Shown here piece by piece: positions 26,496 through 36,171 of a stretch of 64,000 nucleotides of DNA. Position 1 is the stretch's first letter; each line of letters begins with the position of its first letter. A model generated the notes under the pieces. The model saw nothing but the letters and a program-made list of their open reading frames with translations. It was not told the origin of the DNA and made no database searches. The DNA is from an uncultured bacterium. GTDB lineage: Bacteria > Methylomirabilota > Methylomirabilia > Methylomirabilales > 2-02-FULL-66-22. Position numbers and translations under genes: made by a program. The DNA lies in assembly GCA_964576535.1 (NCBI GenBank), contig CAZNWB010000004.1, positions 10,597 through 74,596 on the forward strand, given 5' to 3'.

Positions 26496-27640
26496 GGCGT
26501 GGGCGGGCTGATGGCCTCACCGCAGTTGGTGCAGAACTTCGTTCCCGGAGGCACCACCGTGTTGCAGTGCCGGCAGCTGACCACTGCTTTCATATTCACG
26601 CCGCAGGCGGGGCAGAATTTGGCCTGGGCGGTGACGTTCTTGGCGCAGTGCGGGCACTTGTTGGCCACGACCAACTGGTGCCCGCAGGAGGGGCAGAACC
26701 GCGCCGTCAGGGGGACTTCGCCGTGACATTCCGGGCAGTTGACCGTGCCGCGCTCCCGGATGCGCTGGGGATCCGCGTCCTCGGGCCGCAGGGTCTGGTA
26801 GATCATCCCGGGCAGCATGAGACCCAGCCCCGCCCCCAGTCCCACGCCCAGCCCACCGGCGGCCTGGCCTCCCCCGGCGCCGACGCCCGTCGCGGCATCC
26901 CCCAGGGCCTTGGCGGCTTTGAATTTCATGAAGTCGTCCAGGTTACCGACGGCGGCCATGCCCGACCGCTCGTCAAACATCCGCTGCACGTCGGGTGGCG
27001 GCGTGATGGCGTTGATGAAGAAGTCGATCAGTTCGAGCCCGTAACGCCGAAAGTCGTCCTGCAGCCGGGTCTTCACCGCCACACCGATCTCGTCGTACTG
27101 CCTGGGGAGCTGAAGGATCGTGTCCACATGCTCTCCCAGAAAGTCGTTGAGCCGGGAGACGATCACCTCGCGGAGGTACCCTTCCACCTGGTCCGAGGTG
27201 TACACCGCTTGCGTGCCCACCAGGCTGTTGATGAGGAGCAGCGGCTGCGTGACCCGTGCCGTGAAGATCCCAAAGGCGCGCAGGCGCACCAAGCCCAGTT
27301 CCTTGTCCTTGAAGGCCACCGGCTCCTTCGTCCCCCACTTGAGTTCGGTGAACACCTTGAGGTTGACGAAGTACGCCTCGGCCCGGAAGGGGCTGGTGAA
27401 TCCCCAGGGCAGGCTGAGGAGTTTGGTCACGATCGGCAGGTTCAGGGTGGACAGGGTGTGGCGCCCCGGTCCGAACACGTCCAGACCCTTGCCGTCGCGG
27501 AAGAAGACCGCCGCCTGGCTTTCCCGGACGATGAGCTGGGCGCCCAGCTTGATGTCCGCGGACCCTTCCTCCGGGATGCGGTGGACGAGCTGCCGACCAT
27601 CCGGGTCAAACCACTCGATGATCTCCATGAGAATGGCCAT
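26492..27640 (-). CDS. SPFH/band-7 domain protein with C-terminal multiple zinc ribbons (COG4260 / YdjI-like)
   Basis: ATG at 27640 ([12 protein letters not shown]...). SPFH-like core; C-terminus CPECHG..CPSCG..CPHC..CPACG..CRHC..CTNCG. Confidence 0.8.
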   Translation of the reverse strand: MAILMEIIEWFDPDGRQLVHRIPEEGSADIKLGAQLIVRESQAAVFFRDGKGLDVFGPGRHTLSTLNLPIVTKLLSLPWGFTSPFRAEAYFVNLKVFTELKWGTKEPVAFKDKELGLVRLRAFGIFTARVTQPLLLINSLVGTQAVYTSDQVEGYLREVIVSRLNDFLGEHVDTILQLPRQYDEIGVAVKTRLQDDFRRYGLELIDFFINAITPPPDVQRMFDERSGMAAVGNLDDFMKFKAAKALGDAATGVGAGGGQAAGGLGVGLGAGLGLMLPGMIYQTLRPEDADPQRIRERGTVNCPECHGEVPLTARFCPSCGHQLVVANKCPHCAKNVTAQAKFCPACGVNMKAVVSCRHCNTVVPPGTKFCTNCGEAISPPTP

Positions 27641-27657
27641 GTCGCCTCCCGCCGTCC

Positions 27658-28209
27658 CTACAGGCTGCGCGCCACCCTGTCTCGATCTGCCACGCGGTGT
27701 TCGAAGTCCTGGAGCACCGCTTCGGCGGCGTCGAGCGCCTGCGGGAAGGCCGTGTCGTCGGTGGCAGCGTCTGCCAGGGTCAGGAGCGGCTGCCGCAGCC
27801 GGGGCGTCACCTCCAGCAGGTCCAGGTCGAAACGGTGCAGGGCCGCGAGCTCCGTCTCCCGGATCTTGTGGAGGTCGAAGACTCCGGCAAAGCCGTAGCG
27901 GGCATGCCGGACTTGATCCGCCAGGGTGCTCACCCGGCGAGCCACCCGGTCGAGGGTCGGCAGCCGATCCAGGCGGCCGGCCTCGGTCAAGCGACGCTCC
28001 GCTCCCTGGATGATGCGGGTGAGGTCCGTGAGCCGATCCGCCAGGTGCGCCCGCACTTGCTTGTCCGTCTCCCGCAGGCCTTCGCGGTCCTGGTAGCGTC
28101 CAATACCCGGGACAAGCCGGGCCAAACGCTCCAGCCGCTCTGCCCAGCCGGAGGCATCCGCTGATCCTGAAACTGGCGTGCCCAAGTTCGGGTCTCCCCG
28201 CAAATCCAC
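27658..28209 (-). CDS. Hypothetical helical protein, first gene of the SPFH operon (start uncertain)
   Basis: Arg/Leu/Asp-rich helical ORF. The listed N-terminus (to 28239) runs into the repeat at 28209-28289, so a later start is likely. Confidence 0.45.
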   Translation of the reverse strand: MDLRGDPNLGTPVSGSADASGWAERLERLARLVPGIGRYQDREGLRETDKQVRAHLADRLTDLTRIIQGAERRLTEAGRLDRLPTLDRVARRVSTLADQVRHARYGFAGVFDLHKIRETELAALHRFDLDLLEVTPRLRQPLLTLADAATDDTAFPQALDAAEAVLQDFEHRVADRDRVARSL

Positions 28210-28289
28210 AATGCAAAACCAACAACTGACGACCGACAACTGGGTAATCGATGCCCGGTTTTCAGTTGTCCGTTGTCAGTTTTGCATTG
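28209..28289. repeat. Periodic hairpin element, 7-nt period (core ACAACTG / CAGTTGT)
   Basis: CAATGC AAAACCA ACAACTG ACGACCG ACAACTG, then loop, then CAGTTGT CCGTTGT CAGTTTT GCATTG. Confidence 0.7.
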
Positions 28290-28293
28290 GAGT

Positions 28294-29052
28294 TTACTTC
28301 AACTCCTGCAGATGCCGCCGGGCCGCGTCGGCCTCCTGGCTGGCCGGGCTGAGGCTGAGGGTTCGCTGGAAACTCTCGCGCGCTTCGTCCCGCCGCCCCT
28401 CCCGCATGAGCGCTATCCCCAGCTCCAAATGGAAAACGGCGACGGTCCCGTCCAGCTTGACGGCCTGTTCGAGCTCCTCCCGTGCCTCGGCGGATTTCCC
28501 CTGGGCCAGAAGGGTCCGGCCCAGGAAGAAGTGACCGTCCGGTGACTGCGGGAAGACGTCTAGCAATTTGCGGAACTCTTGAGCTGCCAGATCATATTTC
28601 CTTTGAAGCAAGTAGACATTTCCAAGGCCGAGATACGCCCGGTCCGGATTGATGTATTGCGGATTCGCCAGGGCCCGGCGCAAGGCCTCGACGGCAAGAT
28701 CCCATTGCTGCTTCTGCATATGGGCTAGCCCGAGATTGTAGAAGGCATCGGAGAGACGGGGGTCGATCTCCGTGGCACGACGGAGGGATGCAATGGCCTC
28801 GTCAAATTGCCGGTTGGTGAGGTAGGCGGTCCCCAACGCCTGATGATTGCGGGCGAGCCGCGGATTCTCCTGGACGGCAAGCCGAAGCTCGTTGATTGCC
28901 TTGGGGAGATTGTTGTCGGCTAGGGCCCCCAGCCCGATGTCGTAATGGGCCTGTGCCGAGTCCTCCCGGGCGACTTCGGCCTCGGGCCCGGCACACGCGG
29001 CCAGCAGCACCACCACCGCACCCACCGCACCCAGCCTCGCCAACGCCGTCAT
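28294..29052 (-). CDS. TPR-repeat lipoprotein
   Basis: Lipobox VVLLAAC. Six or more TPR-like repeats (A..Y.LG.AY....). Confidence 0.75.
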   Translation of the reverse strand: MTALARLGAVGAVVVLLAACAGPEAEVAREDSAQAHYDIGLGALADNNLPKAINELRLAVQENPRLARNHQALGTAYLTNRQFDEAIASLRRATEIDPRLSDAFYNLGLAHMQKQQWDLAVEALRRALANPQYINPDRAYLGLGNVYLLQRKYDLAAQEFRKLLDVFPQSPDGHFFLGRTLLAQGKSAEAREELEQAVKLDGTVAVFHLELGIALMREGRRDEARESFQRTLSLSPASQEADAARRHLQELK

Positions 29053-29134
29053 AGGATCCTCCGCTCATTCCCGGGCGTCCTACGTTCCCGGAGAAGGACG
29101 CTGTCTCTGCCGTCTTGGAGTGTGCGGCCGTCGC

Positions 29135-30178
29135 TCAGGAACCGCGACCTCCAGACCCGTCGCTCCTCGCCTGGTACTTACGGACTGCCTCGGCGTGCTG
29201 CTCCAACGTCCGCGAGAAAAAATGCGAGCCGTCGTTCTTGGCCACGAAGTAGAGGTAGTTCACCCGCGCGGGATTCAGCGCCGCCTGGAGCGATGCCACG
29301 CCCGGATTCGCGATCGGCCCGGGCGGCAGTCCCGCTTTCAGATAGGTGTTGTAGCGCGTCTTGCGCTTGAGGTCCAGGGACGTGATCCTCCGCCGTGGTC
29401 TGGGGACGCCGTAGACTGCCGTGGGGTCCGACTGGAGCGGCATGTTGCGCCTGAGTCGGTTGTAAAACACTGCAGCCACCAGCGGCCGTTCGCTGTCGAG
29501 CTTCGCCTCCTTCTCGATCAGGGAGGCCAGCGTGACCACCGAGTGAGCGTCCAGTCCCACCCGCCGGGCTTGCGCGCCCAGATCCTTCGGCACCGCCTGA
29601 CGGAAACGGGTTACCATGGTCCGGAGGATCTCCGCCTCGCCCATCCCGCGGGTGAGGCGGTAGGTGTCGGGAAACAGGTACCCTTCCAGGGACTCACCGC
29701 GCACCCCCAGAGCCCCCACGAACTGCGAGTCCGTCACCAGCGCCATGAAACGGTCGGCGTCCACCAGCTTCTCACCGGCCAGCAGCCGGGCGATGTCGCG
29801 GGCCGTGAACCCCTCCGGGATGGTGACCTGGTGAGTGACGACCCGGCCGGCCTCGAGTGTTTGCAGGATCTCGCGCAGCGACATTCCGTGGGTGAACTCA
29901 TACTCCCCGGCCTTCAGGTGCGTAGGGGATCCCTGCATGTAGGCCAGCGCCAGGAAGGACCAGCGGTTCCGGATGACGCCGGCTTCCCAGAGCGTCTGCG
30001 CGATCTCCTGAACGCCGGTCTTCGGCTTGATGTAGACAGTCCGTGCGGCGCCGGCACCCATGCCGGAGAAATGGGTGGGATCGGATTGAAGGTAGGTACG
30101 GACGCCGATCGCAGTCAGCACCACAGCCAGGAGGAGGGCACTCACCCCTCGATAGCGGGCGAAGAGGCTCGTCAGCAT
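29135..30178 (-). CDS. mltG: Endolytic murein transglycosylase MltG (YceG family)
   Basis: N-terminal TM helix; YceG pattern (TIPEGFT...EGYLFPDTY...ASLIEKEA...NTY...GLPPGPIANPG). Confidence 0.9.
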   Translation of the reverse strand: MLTSLFARYRGVSALLLAVVLTAIGVRTYLQSDPTHFSGMGAGAARTVYIKPKTGVQEIAQTLWEAGVIRNRWSFLALAYMQGSPTHLKAGEYEFTHGMSLREILQTLEAGRVVTHQVTIPEGFTARDIARLLAGEKLVDADRFMALVTDSQFVGALGVRGESLEGYLFPDTYRLTRGMGEAEILRTMVTRFRQAVPKDLGAQARRVGLDAHSVVTLASLIEKEAKLDSERPLVAAVFYNRLRRNMPLQSDPTAVYGVPRPRRRITSLDLKRKTRYNTYLKAGLPPGPIANPGVASLQAALNPARVNYLYFVAKNDGSHFFSRTLEQHAEAVRKYQARSDGSGGRGS

Positions 30179-30181
30179 CCG

Positions 30182-30619
30182 CTAGGAATCTCCTCGATCC
30201 CCTGCGGCGCGTTGACGATCCAGAAATCCCTGGAGGATCATCGTCGCCGCCACCTGGTTCACCACCGCGCGCCGTGCCCGTCGCCGCACCCCCGCGCCGA
30301 CCAGCATCCGCTCGGCCGCCAGGGTGGTGAGCCGCTCGTCCCACAGGTGGACGGGAACATGCAGCCGCTCGTGCAGGACTTGGGCAAACGCCTGGGCCGC
30401 GTCGGCCGATGGACCGAGGCTTCCATCCATGTTCTTGGGGAGGCCCACGACAATCGCCCCGATGCCCAGGCTCTGGATGTAGGTCCCGATTGCCTCGACG
30501 TCCTGGATCTCGCCGACCCTGGGCAGACTGGCCAGGCCCTGGGCGGTCAGCCCGAGATCATCGCTCACCGCGAGGCCCAGCGTGGCCCGACCCCAGTCCA
30601 CGGCAAGAATCTTCTGCAT
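30182..30619 (-). CDS. ruvX: Putative pre-16S rRNA nuclease / Holliday junction resolvase-like YqgF (RuvX)
   Basis: ILAVDWGRATLGLAVSD...IVVGLPKNMDGS...DERLTT. Confidence 0.85.
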   Translation of the reverse strand: MQKILAVDWGRATLGLAVSDDLGLTAQGLASLPRVGEIQDVEAIGTYIQSLGIGAIVVGLPKNMDGSLGPSADAAQAFAQVLHERLHVPVHLWDERLTTLAAERMLVGAGVRRRARRAVVNQVAATMILQGFLDRQRAAGDRGDS

Positions 30620-30769
30620 CCCTCTGTCCTGGTCCCCGGGTGACCCGCTCGCTTCCATCTTGACTTTACACCCTCATCGCGCCAGAGTCCGGGTCCGATG
30701 TCACGCCGCATATCTCCTCGTCGAGAGTCGTCCGGGGGCCCGCAATCTCTCTCGACCCGACTGGACGCT

Positions 30770-31435
30770 ATGTATCGCGCCATGCTCGATGCCCTGGGTC
30801 CCCAGGGTTGGTGGCCAGGCCGGACCCGCTTCGAGGTGATCGTCGGGGCCGTCTTGACCCAGAATATCTCCTGGGCAAACGTCGCCAAGGCCATCGAACG
30901 TCTCCGGAGGGCGCGCGCGCTGACCCCCAAAGCTTTGACGGCGCTCCCCCAGGACCGCCTGGCGGAACTGATCCGGTCGTCTGGGTATTATAACGTAAAG
31001 GCTGGACGCGTCAAACGCTTCCTCGGGTTCCTCCAGGGCCGATATGGATTGAATCTGTCGCGAATGTTTGCCCGCCGACCCTCGATCCTGCGAACAGAGC
31101 TGCTGGCCGTGCCAGGAATCGGGCCGGAGACTGCAGACTCGATTCTCCTCTACGCAGGCGGGGTGCCCATCTTCGTCGTGGATGCCTACACCCGGCGGAT
31201 CCTCACCCGCCATGGCCTGATCGCGGCGGATGCGACCTACGATGCAATGCAGACCCTCTTCATGGGCGCGCTCCCTCCGAACGCGCCGCGCTATAACGAG
31301 TACCACGCGCTCCTGGTCGCGGTGGGCAAAACCTATTGCCGCCCCATCCCCCGGTGCGACGCGTGCCCGTTGCGCCGCGACCTGGAGCGCCACTGCCCCG
31401 CCACCGCCCGCCGCTTCCTGGCTCTCTCTCCCTAA
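30770..31435 (+). CDS. Endonuclease III-related HhH-GPD protein with 4Fe-4S cluster loop
   Basis: ILTQNISWANV...LLAVPGIGPETADSILLYA...C-x6-C-x2-C near the C-terminus. Confidence 0.75.
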   Translation: MYRAMLDALGPQGWWPGRTRFEVIVGAVLTQNISWANVAKAIERLRRARALTPKALTALPQDRLAELIRSSGYYNVKAGRVKRFLGFLQGRYGLNLSRMFARRPSILRTELLAVPGIGPETADSILLYAGGVPIFVVDAYTRRILTRHGLIAADATYDAMQTLFMGALPPNAPRYNEYHALLVAVGKTYCRPIPRCDACPLRRDLERHCPATARRFLALSP

Positions 31436-31443
31436 GACAATCT

Positions 31444-31593
31444 CACCACCAAGGCACCAAGACACCAAAAAACTCCCCTCTTCACATTTTTTCGGGTGGG
31501 ATTACAGAAGGCGGCCGAGAACCTCACGAACGCCTTCTCGGTCGAAGTTCTTCGGGGAGTGCAGAGGGTGGTGCCTTGGTGTCTTGGTGGTGG
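31444..31593. repeat. Period-8 inverted-repeat element (core CACCA(A) / (T)TGGTG) with ~100-nt centre
   Basis: Left arm CACCACCA AGGCACCA AGACACCA. Right arm GGTGGTGC CTTGGTGT CTTGGTGG. The centre contains the hairpin CCGAGAA..TTCTCGG. Confidence 0.7.
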
Positions 31594-31602
31594 GAAAGCC
31601 CG

Positions 31603-33462
31603 CTATTCCTTCTGCCGCGACCAGAGCAGGTTGTAGCCGTTGACGAAGGCGTTCACCGAGGCCACGATGATGTCCGGCGAGGTGCCCGTCGCCACGACCC
31701 GGTTGCTCTTCGTGTCCTTCATGATGATCGTGGTCTCCACGGAGGCGTCCGTCCCGGGAGAGTTGATCTCGACCTGGTAGTCCACCAGATCGAAGAACAG
31801 CTTCCCTCGCTTCTCGGCTGCGGTCTTGAGGGCGTTCACCACGGCATCCACGGGACCCACGCCGGACGCATTCGACGTCACGCGTTCCCCATCGAAGGTG
31901 ATCCAGACCTTGGCCTCGGCCTTCCCCTTGAGCGAGGTGGTGACCTGGAAGTCCTCCACCTGCAGGATGGGCCGGCGCTCCGAGCTCGCCTTGAGCACGT
32001 TCTCCACGATGTACTGGAGGTCGGCCTTGGTGATGCCCTTCCCCTTCCGGACGAAGTCGCCCACCAGCGCCGTGACCCGGTGGGCGTAATCGGCCGTCAG
32101 CTTCACGCCCAGTTCCTCACGCACCGTCTTGCTCACCGTCTGCTGCGAGGGAACCTGGCTGAACAGGCCGCGCCCGCCATCCTTGGCTGCGGCGGCGCGG
32201 ATCTCGTACAGTCGGAGCTTGAGGAACTTGTCCACCTCCGCGATCGTCGGCTCGATCGTGGCCGGGGAGGGCAGGACGCGCAGGGCGGCCTTGGGGTCCT
32301 TCAGCCCGTTGCCCGTGGCCAGGCAGACGACGACCTCGTCCGGGCGGATCCGGCCCGTGGTCAGGAGGGGTGCCAGGCTGGCGATGGGGATGGCCCCGGC
32401 CGGCTCGACGAAGATGCTCTCCAGGTGCGCCAGTTGCTGCTGCCCCTCTAGGATCTCGCCATCCGACATGATGACGCCGCAGCCGCCCGACTCCCGCATG
32501 GCGGCCAGCGCCTTCAGCCCGTCCACCGGGTCGCCGGCCGCCACCGCCGTGCAGACCGTGAACGGCTTCTCCACCGCGCTCACCTGGTCCGCCCCCTGCT
32601 GGAAGGCGGCCACGATGGGGGAGCAGCCATCCGGTTGGACGCCAATCATGCGGGGCAACCGCTCGGTGAATCCCAGCTCGTAGAATTCCTTGAAGCCCTT
32701 CCACAGGGCCGCCATGTTGGTCCCGCAGCCCATGGGCACGATAACGGCGGCCGGCGCCTGCCAATCCAGTTGCTCGATGATCTCGAAGGCCTGCGACTTC
32801 TGCCCCTCGACCCGGAAGGCGTAATCCCCCGCCAGATAGAAGCCGTGGCGGTCGCTGACCTCCTCCGCCAGGCGGGCGGCATCGGTGTACGTCCCTCGGA
32901 CCTGGATGAGCCGAGCGCCGTAGGACAAGGCCTGGGCCATCTTGCCGATGGCGGTGCCCTCTGGGACCAGGACGTAACACGGCAGGCCGGCAATGGACGC
33001 ATAGGCGGCCACGGAGGCGGCCATGTTCCCGGTCGAGGCCACGCAGACCGCCTTGGCCCCCTGCTCCTTGGCCTTGGTGAGCTCCACCAGGCTCCCGCGG
33101 TCCTTGAAGACCCCGGTCGGGTTTGCGCCCTCATTCTTGATGTACAGGTGGCGAAGGGCCATCCGCTCCGCCAGTCGGGTGCAGCGGTACAGGGGCGTGC
33201 CGCCCTCGTCCAGCGAGACGACGAGGTCAAGGTTCAGGAGCGGGTAGAAATCGAGATACTTCAGGGCCTTGACGGGGGAGGTGCGTAGCGAATACCGATT
33301 CAGGCGGGAGCGGATGTAATCGTAATCGTAGCGGACGTCGAGCGGCCGGCGGCAGACGGGGCAGCGGGTGCTGCTCTCCGTCTCCTTGACCTGCTTGCCG
33401 CAGGAGATGCAGTGCAGCTCGTAGAACTGCGCGCCGTTCTTGCGGTTTCGACTGCGAGCCAT
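31603..33462 (-). CDS. thrC: Threonine synthase (PLP, N-terminal zinc ribbon) fused to a LeuA-type C-terminal regulatory (LeuA_dimer-like) domain
   Basis: CISCG..CPVC; PLP-lysine motif NPTGVFKDRG. The C-terminal ~190 aa (VEDFQVTT...GVGPVDAVVNALK...DYQVEINSPGTDASVETTI...) resemble the IPMS/citramalate synthase allosteric domain. Confidence 0.75.
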   Translation of the reverse strand: MARSRNRKNGAQFYELHCISCGKQVKETESSTRCPVCRRPLDVRYDYDYIRSRLNRYSLRTSPVKALKYLDFYPLLNLDLVVSLDEGGTPLYRCTRLAERMALRHLYIKNEGANPTGVFKDRGSLVELTKAKEQGAKAVCVASTGNMAASVAAYASIAGLPCYVLVPEGTAIGKMAQALSYGARLIQVRGTYTDAARLAEEVSDRHGFYLAGDYAFRVEGQKSQAFEIIEQLDWQAPAAVIVPMGCGTNMAALWKGFKEFYELGFTERLPRMIGVQPDGCSPIVAAFQQGADQVSAVEKPFTVCTAVAAGDPVDGLKALAAMRESGGCGVIMSDGEILEGQQQLAHLESIFVEPAGAIPIASLAPLLTTGRIRPDEVVVCLATGNGLKDPKAALRVLPSPATIEPTIAEVDKFLKLRLYEIRAAAAKDGGRGLFSQVPSQQTVSKTVREELGVKLTADYAHRVTALVGDFVRKGKGITKADLQYIVENVLKASSERRPILQVEDFQVTTSLKGKAEAKVWITFDGERVTSNASGVGPVDAVVNALKTAAEKRGKLFFDLVDYQVEINSPGTDASVETTIIMKDTKSNRVVATGTSPDIIVASVNAFVNGYNLLWSRQKE

Positions 33463-33717
33463 ACCCCCCTCACCAGGCAAAAATCCGGCGCAGTCTAGCC
33501 CCAAAGCCCCGGGGTGTCAAGGCGCTTGGCCCGTCCTGTGCGCTTGGCCCGTCCGCCCTCGGTGGGACGCGGTATTGTCTAGGGGGGAATCAAGGCCTCA
33601 AGCCAGCCGTCTCACCGTGGCGCTGCTATCCTTGAAGGTGTATCGGCTACCACCCTACCCGCGAACGCCGTAGGGAATCTCTTGGCGCACCAACGGCGAT
33701 GCCGCTGGTACCGGCGG

Positions 33718-33932
33718 TTAGAGAATCGTTCGGCCGCCGTCCACCGGCAGGGCCATGCCCGTGATGAAGGAAGCCTCATCCGAGGCCAGGAACAGCATGG
33801 CCCGGGCGATCTCGTCGGTGCGGCCAACCCGACCCAGAGGGCAGACCTTGGGCCACGCTGTGAAGGCCTCTTCCCCGTATCCCAGGCGGTTCATGGGCGT
33901 GTCCATGAAGCCCGGGCAGACGCAGTTGACCC
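33718..33932 (-). pseudogene. Orphan 3' fragment (last ~70 codons) of an SDR gene; left direct repeat of the island
   Basis: Encodes ...DTPMNRLGYGEEAFTAWPKVCPLGRVGRTDEIARAMLFLASDEASFITGMALPVDGGRTIL*, collinear with the C-terminus of the SDR at 49192..49950. Homology stops at ...GTTGACCCGG|TATAAGG. Confidence 0.8.
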
Positions 33933-34400
33933 GGTATAAGGATCAGACTCATCGCCGCAAAGATAATTCGGCCTCGACTCCGCCCCCAGGGACCCCCTCC
34001 GGCTCGGCCCAGTGGGGCGGCGGCTGCCGCTATTCCCAGCCGAGGAGTCACGATGTCTCGATACTCGTCTTTCCGGATCGACAAAATCCTCTTGACTAGG
34101 GAACGTTGCTCGCGGTATGAAAGCTCTGTTTTCTCTCCAGCGCCAAGCCCACTGACCGTTACTTCGCCGCGGTGCGTTACGGCGGATTTCCTCGATATCC
34201 CAGGTAGTCACTGCTCAGCTAGAAGGCAGCAATTGACCCCGATCGCACCCCGGCTTCGCGTTGATCTCAACACGGGCGCGGCGTGGAAGTCGGAGGAAGC
34301 AGATCCGAATGCACGAGGTCACGTAACGCCCACATGCAAATTTGTGAGGTCGCGATGAAATGCAACCCAGAAGCGCCGCGCACGATGAGGTGAGGCCGCC

Positions 34401-34994
34401 ATGACACGGATTCTATCCGCGATCGGTCTGGCAATTGTCCTGGTAAGCGGCTGGTGGCTGTGGGTGGGTTACCGGCCAGCCGAGGCCGCGGACATCAGCG
34501 CCCTGCTCACCCGCGCGGGGACGGCGGAAAAAGGCGGCGACCACGCGGCGGCCATCGAAGCGTTGGAGCAGGCCCTCGAGAAGGTGCGCGTCGAAGCACC
34601 GCTGACCGTGAAGCCGTTTCTCCTCGTCACCCAGCCCGCCAAGTTCTACGGTGATTACACGCCGCGCCCGAACGCGGTCTTCCAGGGCGGCGAGCCGCAG
34701 CAGTTCTACATGGAGCCGAAGAACCTCGTCTATCCGCGGACGGTCGCAGGCACCTACGAGCCCGCGTTCGACGTCGATCTCCAGATCCTCACTGCGGGCG
34801 GTCAGGTGGTGGTGAGCCAGGAGAAGTTCGGCTCGTTACGCTTGCCGACCAAGAGCCCCGTCCAGGACATTTTCCTGAACCTCAAAGTGACGCTGAGCGG
34901 CGCCCCGCCCGGCGAGTACAGGGTCCGGTTCGTCGTGCGCGACGTGAACTCGAAGAAGACCGCCACGGTGACTCAGCCGATCACGCTGAAGTAG
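34401..34994 (+). CDS. Signal-anchored protein of unknown function
   Basis: N-terminal TM segment (ILSAIGLAIVLVSGWWLWV). The C-terminal ~120 aa look beta-rich. Confidence 0.55.
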   Translation: MTRILSAIGLAIVLVSGWWLWVGYRPAEAADISALLTRAGTAEKGGDHAAAIEALEQALEKVRVEAPLTVKPFLLVTQPAKFYGDYTPRPNAVFQGGEPQQFYMEPKNLVYPRTVAGTYEPAFDVDLQILTAGGQVVVSQEKFGSLRLPTKSPVQDIFLNLKVTLSGAPPGEYRVRFVVRDVNSKKTATVTQPITLK

Positions 34995-35021
34995 CGAGCA
35001 TATTTCACGGGGAGGGAATCC

Positions 35022-36113
35022 ATGTGTAAGGAAAGAATTTCAAAAGTGGTGCTGACTGTGACGTCGGCCGTGGCCATCGTCCTTGCTGTCGCCGGATGCG
35101 GGAAAAAAGAAGAGCCGGCCCCGAAGGCGGCGAGCCAGCCGACGGAGGTGAAGAGGCTGGTAGACGACACGAAACGTTACGCAGAAAGGCTGAAGGCTCA
35201 ACCGGCTGGAGGTGGCCCGGCGCCCGAACAGCTTGCCAAACTGACCGCCCAGTTGGACCAGCTTCTCCGTCATATGGAGGAAAAGGCCCAGGTACAGCAA
35301 CAGGGCGGCGATGTCTCCAAACCCAACGAGCAGATCGCCGCGGATTTGGCACAACTGCAGGAAGTCCAGAGTACCCTGCCGGCCGCCACGGGGGACCAGG
35401 GGACGCCGCCGGCCGCAGGGCAAGAAGCGCAACCAGCCTCCACCGGAGCGCAGGCGACACCACCGGCTGCAGGCCAGGAAAAACCGGCCCTCGACATGAT
35501 CAGCGAGAACCTTGCGAAGATCACCCAGATCGTCAAGCAGGGGCAGGAGCTCGTTGCTGTGTTGCGCCCGCCCAAGGGCCAAGCCGGGGACCCCTCTGCC
35601 TCCAGCATGGGTGGAACCTCAGAGGGAACACCGCCCGCAGGTGGGGCTCAAGCGTCCGAAGTTTTGCAGTCGAGCACAGGATCGTCCGCCACGGCCTCTG
35701 CGACCACTGAGTCCTCCACCACTCCTGTTCCCGAAACCACTGAGTCCTCCAGTGGCGCCTCGGGTAGCGCTGCCCCCGTGCTCGTAGCCCAGGCCGGCGG
35801 GCAGCCCGCGCCTGTCACCACGGGTTACGCCCGTGTGCACATGAATGCATACCCAAAAGGGCGGTTTCAGCTAAAGGTCAACGGGTTGCTGGCGGGTCAA
35901 TATGACAGTCATATCGATACGGAGTTGGGCCCGCTCCTCAAGGCTGGAGCCATCAATACGATCACTTTTACTTTCAGCCAGCCTGGAAGCACAGTAGATC
36001 TCCAAGTCATGGCTCCCGGTAGCGATAAATGGTTTAACATTCTGAAATTCCACGCCTCAAAAGAAAAGCTGGAGGACAGCGTGCAGATCCCCTTCGTGGG
36101 CGAAAAGAAGTAA
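35022..36113 (+). CDS. Lipoprotein with long low-complexity linker and ~95-aa C-terminal domain
   Basis: Lipobox LAVAGC; Ala/Pro/Gln/Ser-rich repeats. The C-terminal domain RFQLKVNGLLAGQYD...INTITFTFSQPGSTVDLQVMAPGSDKWFNILKF...IPFVGE has a paralogue at 37605-37850. Confidence 0.65.
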   Translation: MCKERISKVVLTVTSAVAIVLAVAGCGKKEEPAPKAASQPTEVKRLVDDTKRYAERLKAQPAGGGPAPEQLAKLTAQLDQLLRHMEEKAQVQQQGGDVSKPNEQIAADLAQLQEVQSTLPAATGDQGTPPAAGQEAQPASTGAQATPPAAGQEKPALDMISENLAKITQIVKQGQELVAVLRPPKGQAGDPSASSMGGTSEGTPPAGGAQASEVLQSSTGSSATASATTESSTTPVPETTESSSGASGSAAPVLVAQAGGQPAPVTTGYARVHMNAYPKGRFQLKVNGLLAGQYDSHIDTELGPLLKAGAINTITFTFSQPGSTVDLQVMAPGSDKWFNILKFHASKEKLEDSVQIPFVGEKK

Positions 36114-36171
36114 CCATACAGTCCGATCGGTAGAAGCCTGGCTGACGCCTTCTGTGGACAGGAGGTGCCCC

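Noticed and set aside
26492-28225. Single 577-aa ORF spanning the SPFH gene and the upstream gene.
   Set aside because: The N-terminal 195 aa are Pro/Gly/Arg-rich out-of-frame read-through over the separate gene 27658..28209. The SPFH homology begins at the ATG at 27640 ([11 protein letters not shown]).
33933-34400. Searched the left edge of the island for an integrase, excisionase or attachment-site structure. A stop-bounded minus-strand frame reads ...GEVTVSGLGAGEKTELSYREQRSLVKRILSIRKDEYRDIVTPRLG...
   Set aside because: No recombinase motifs (R..HxxR..Y), only a TTG start deep inside, and no family recognised. Left unannotated.
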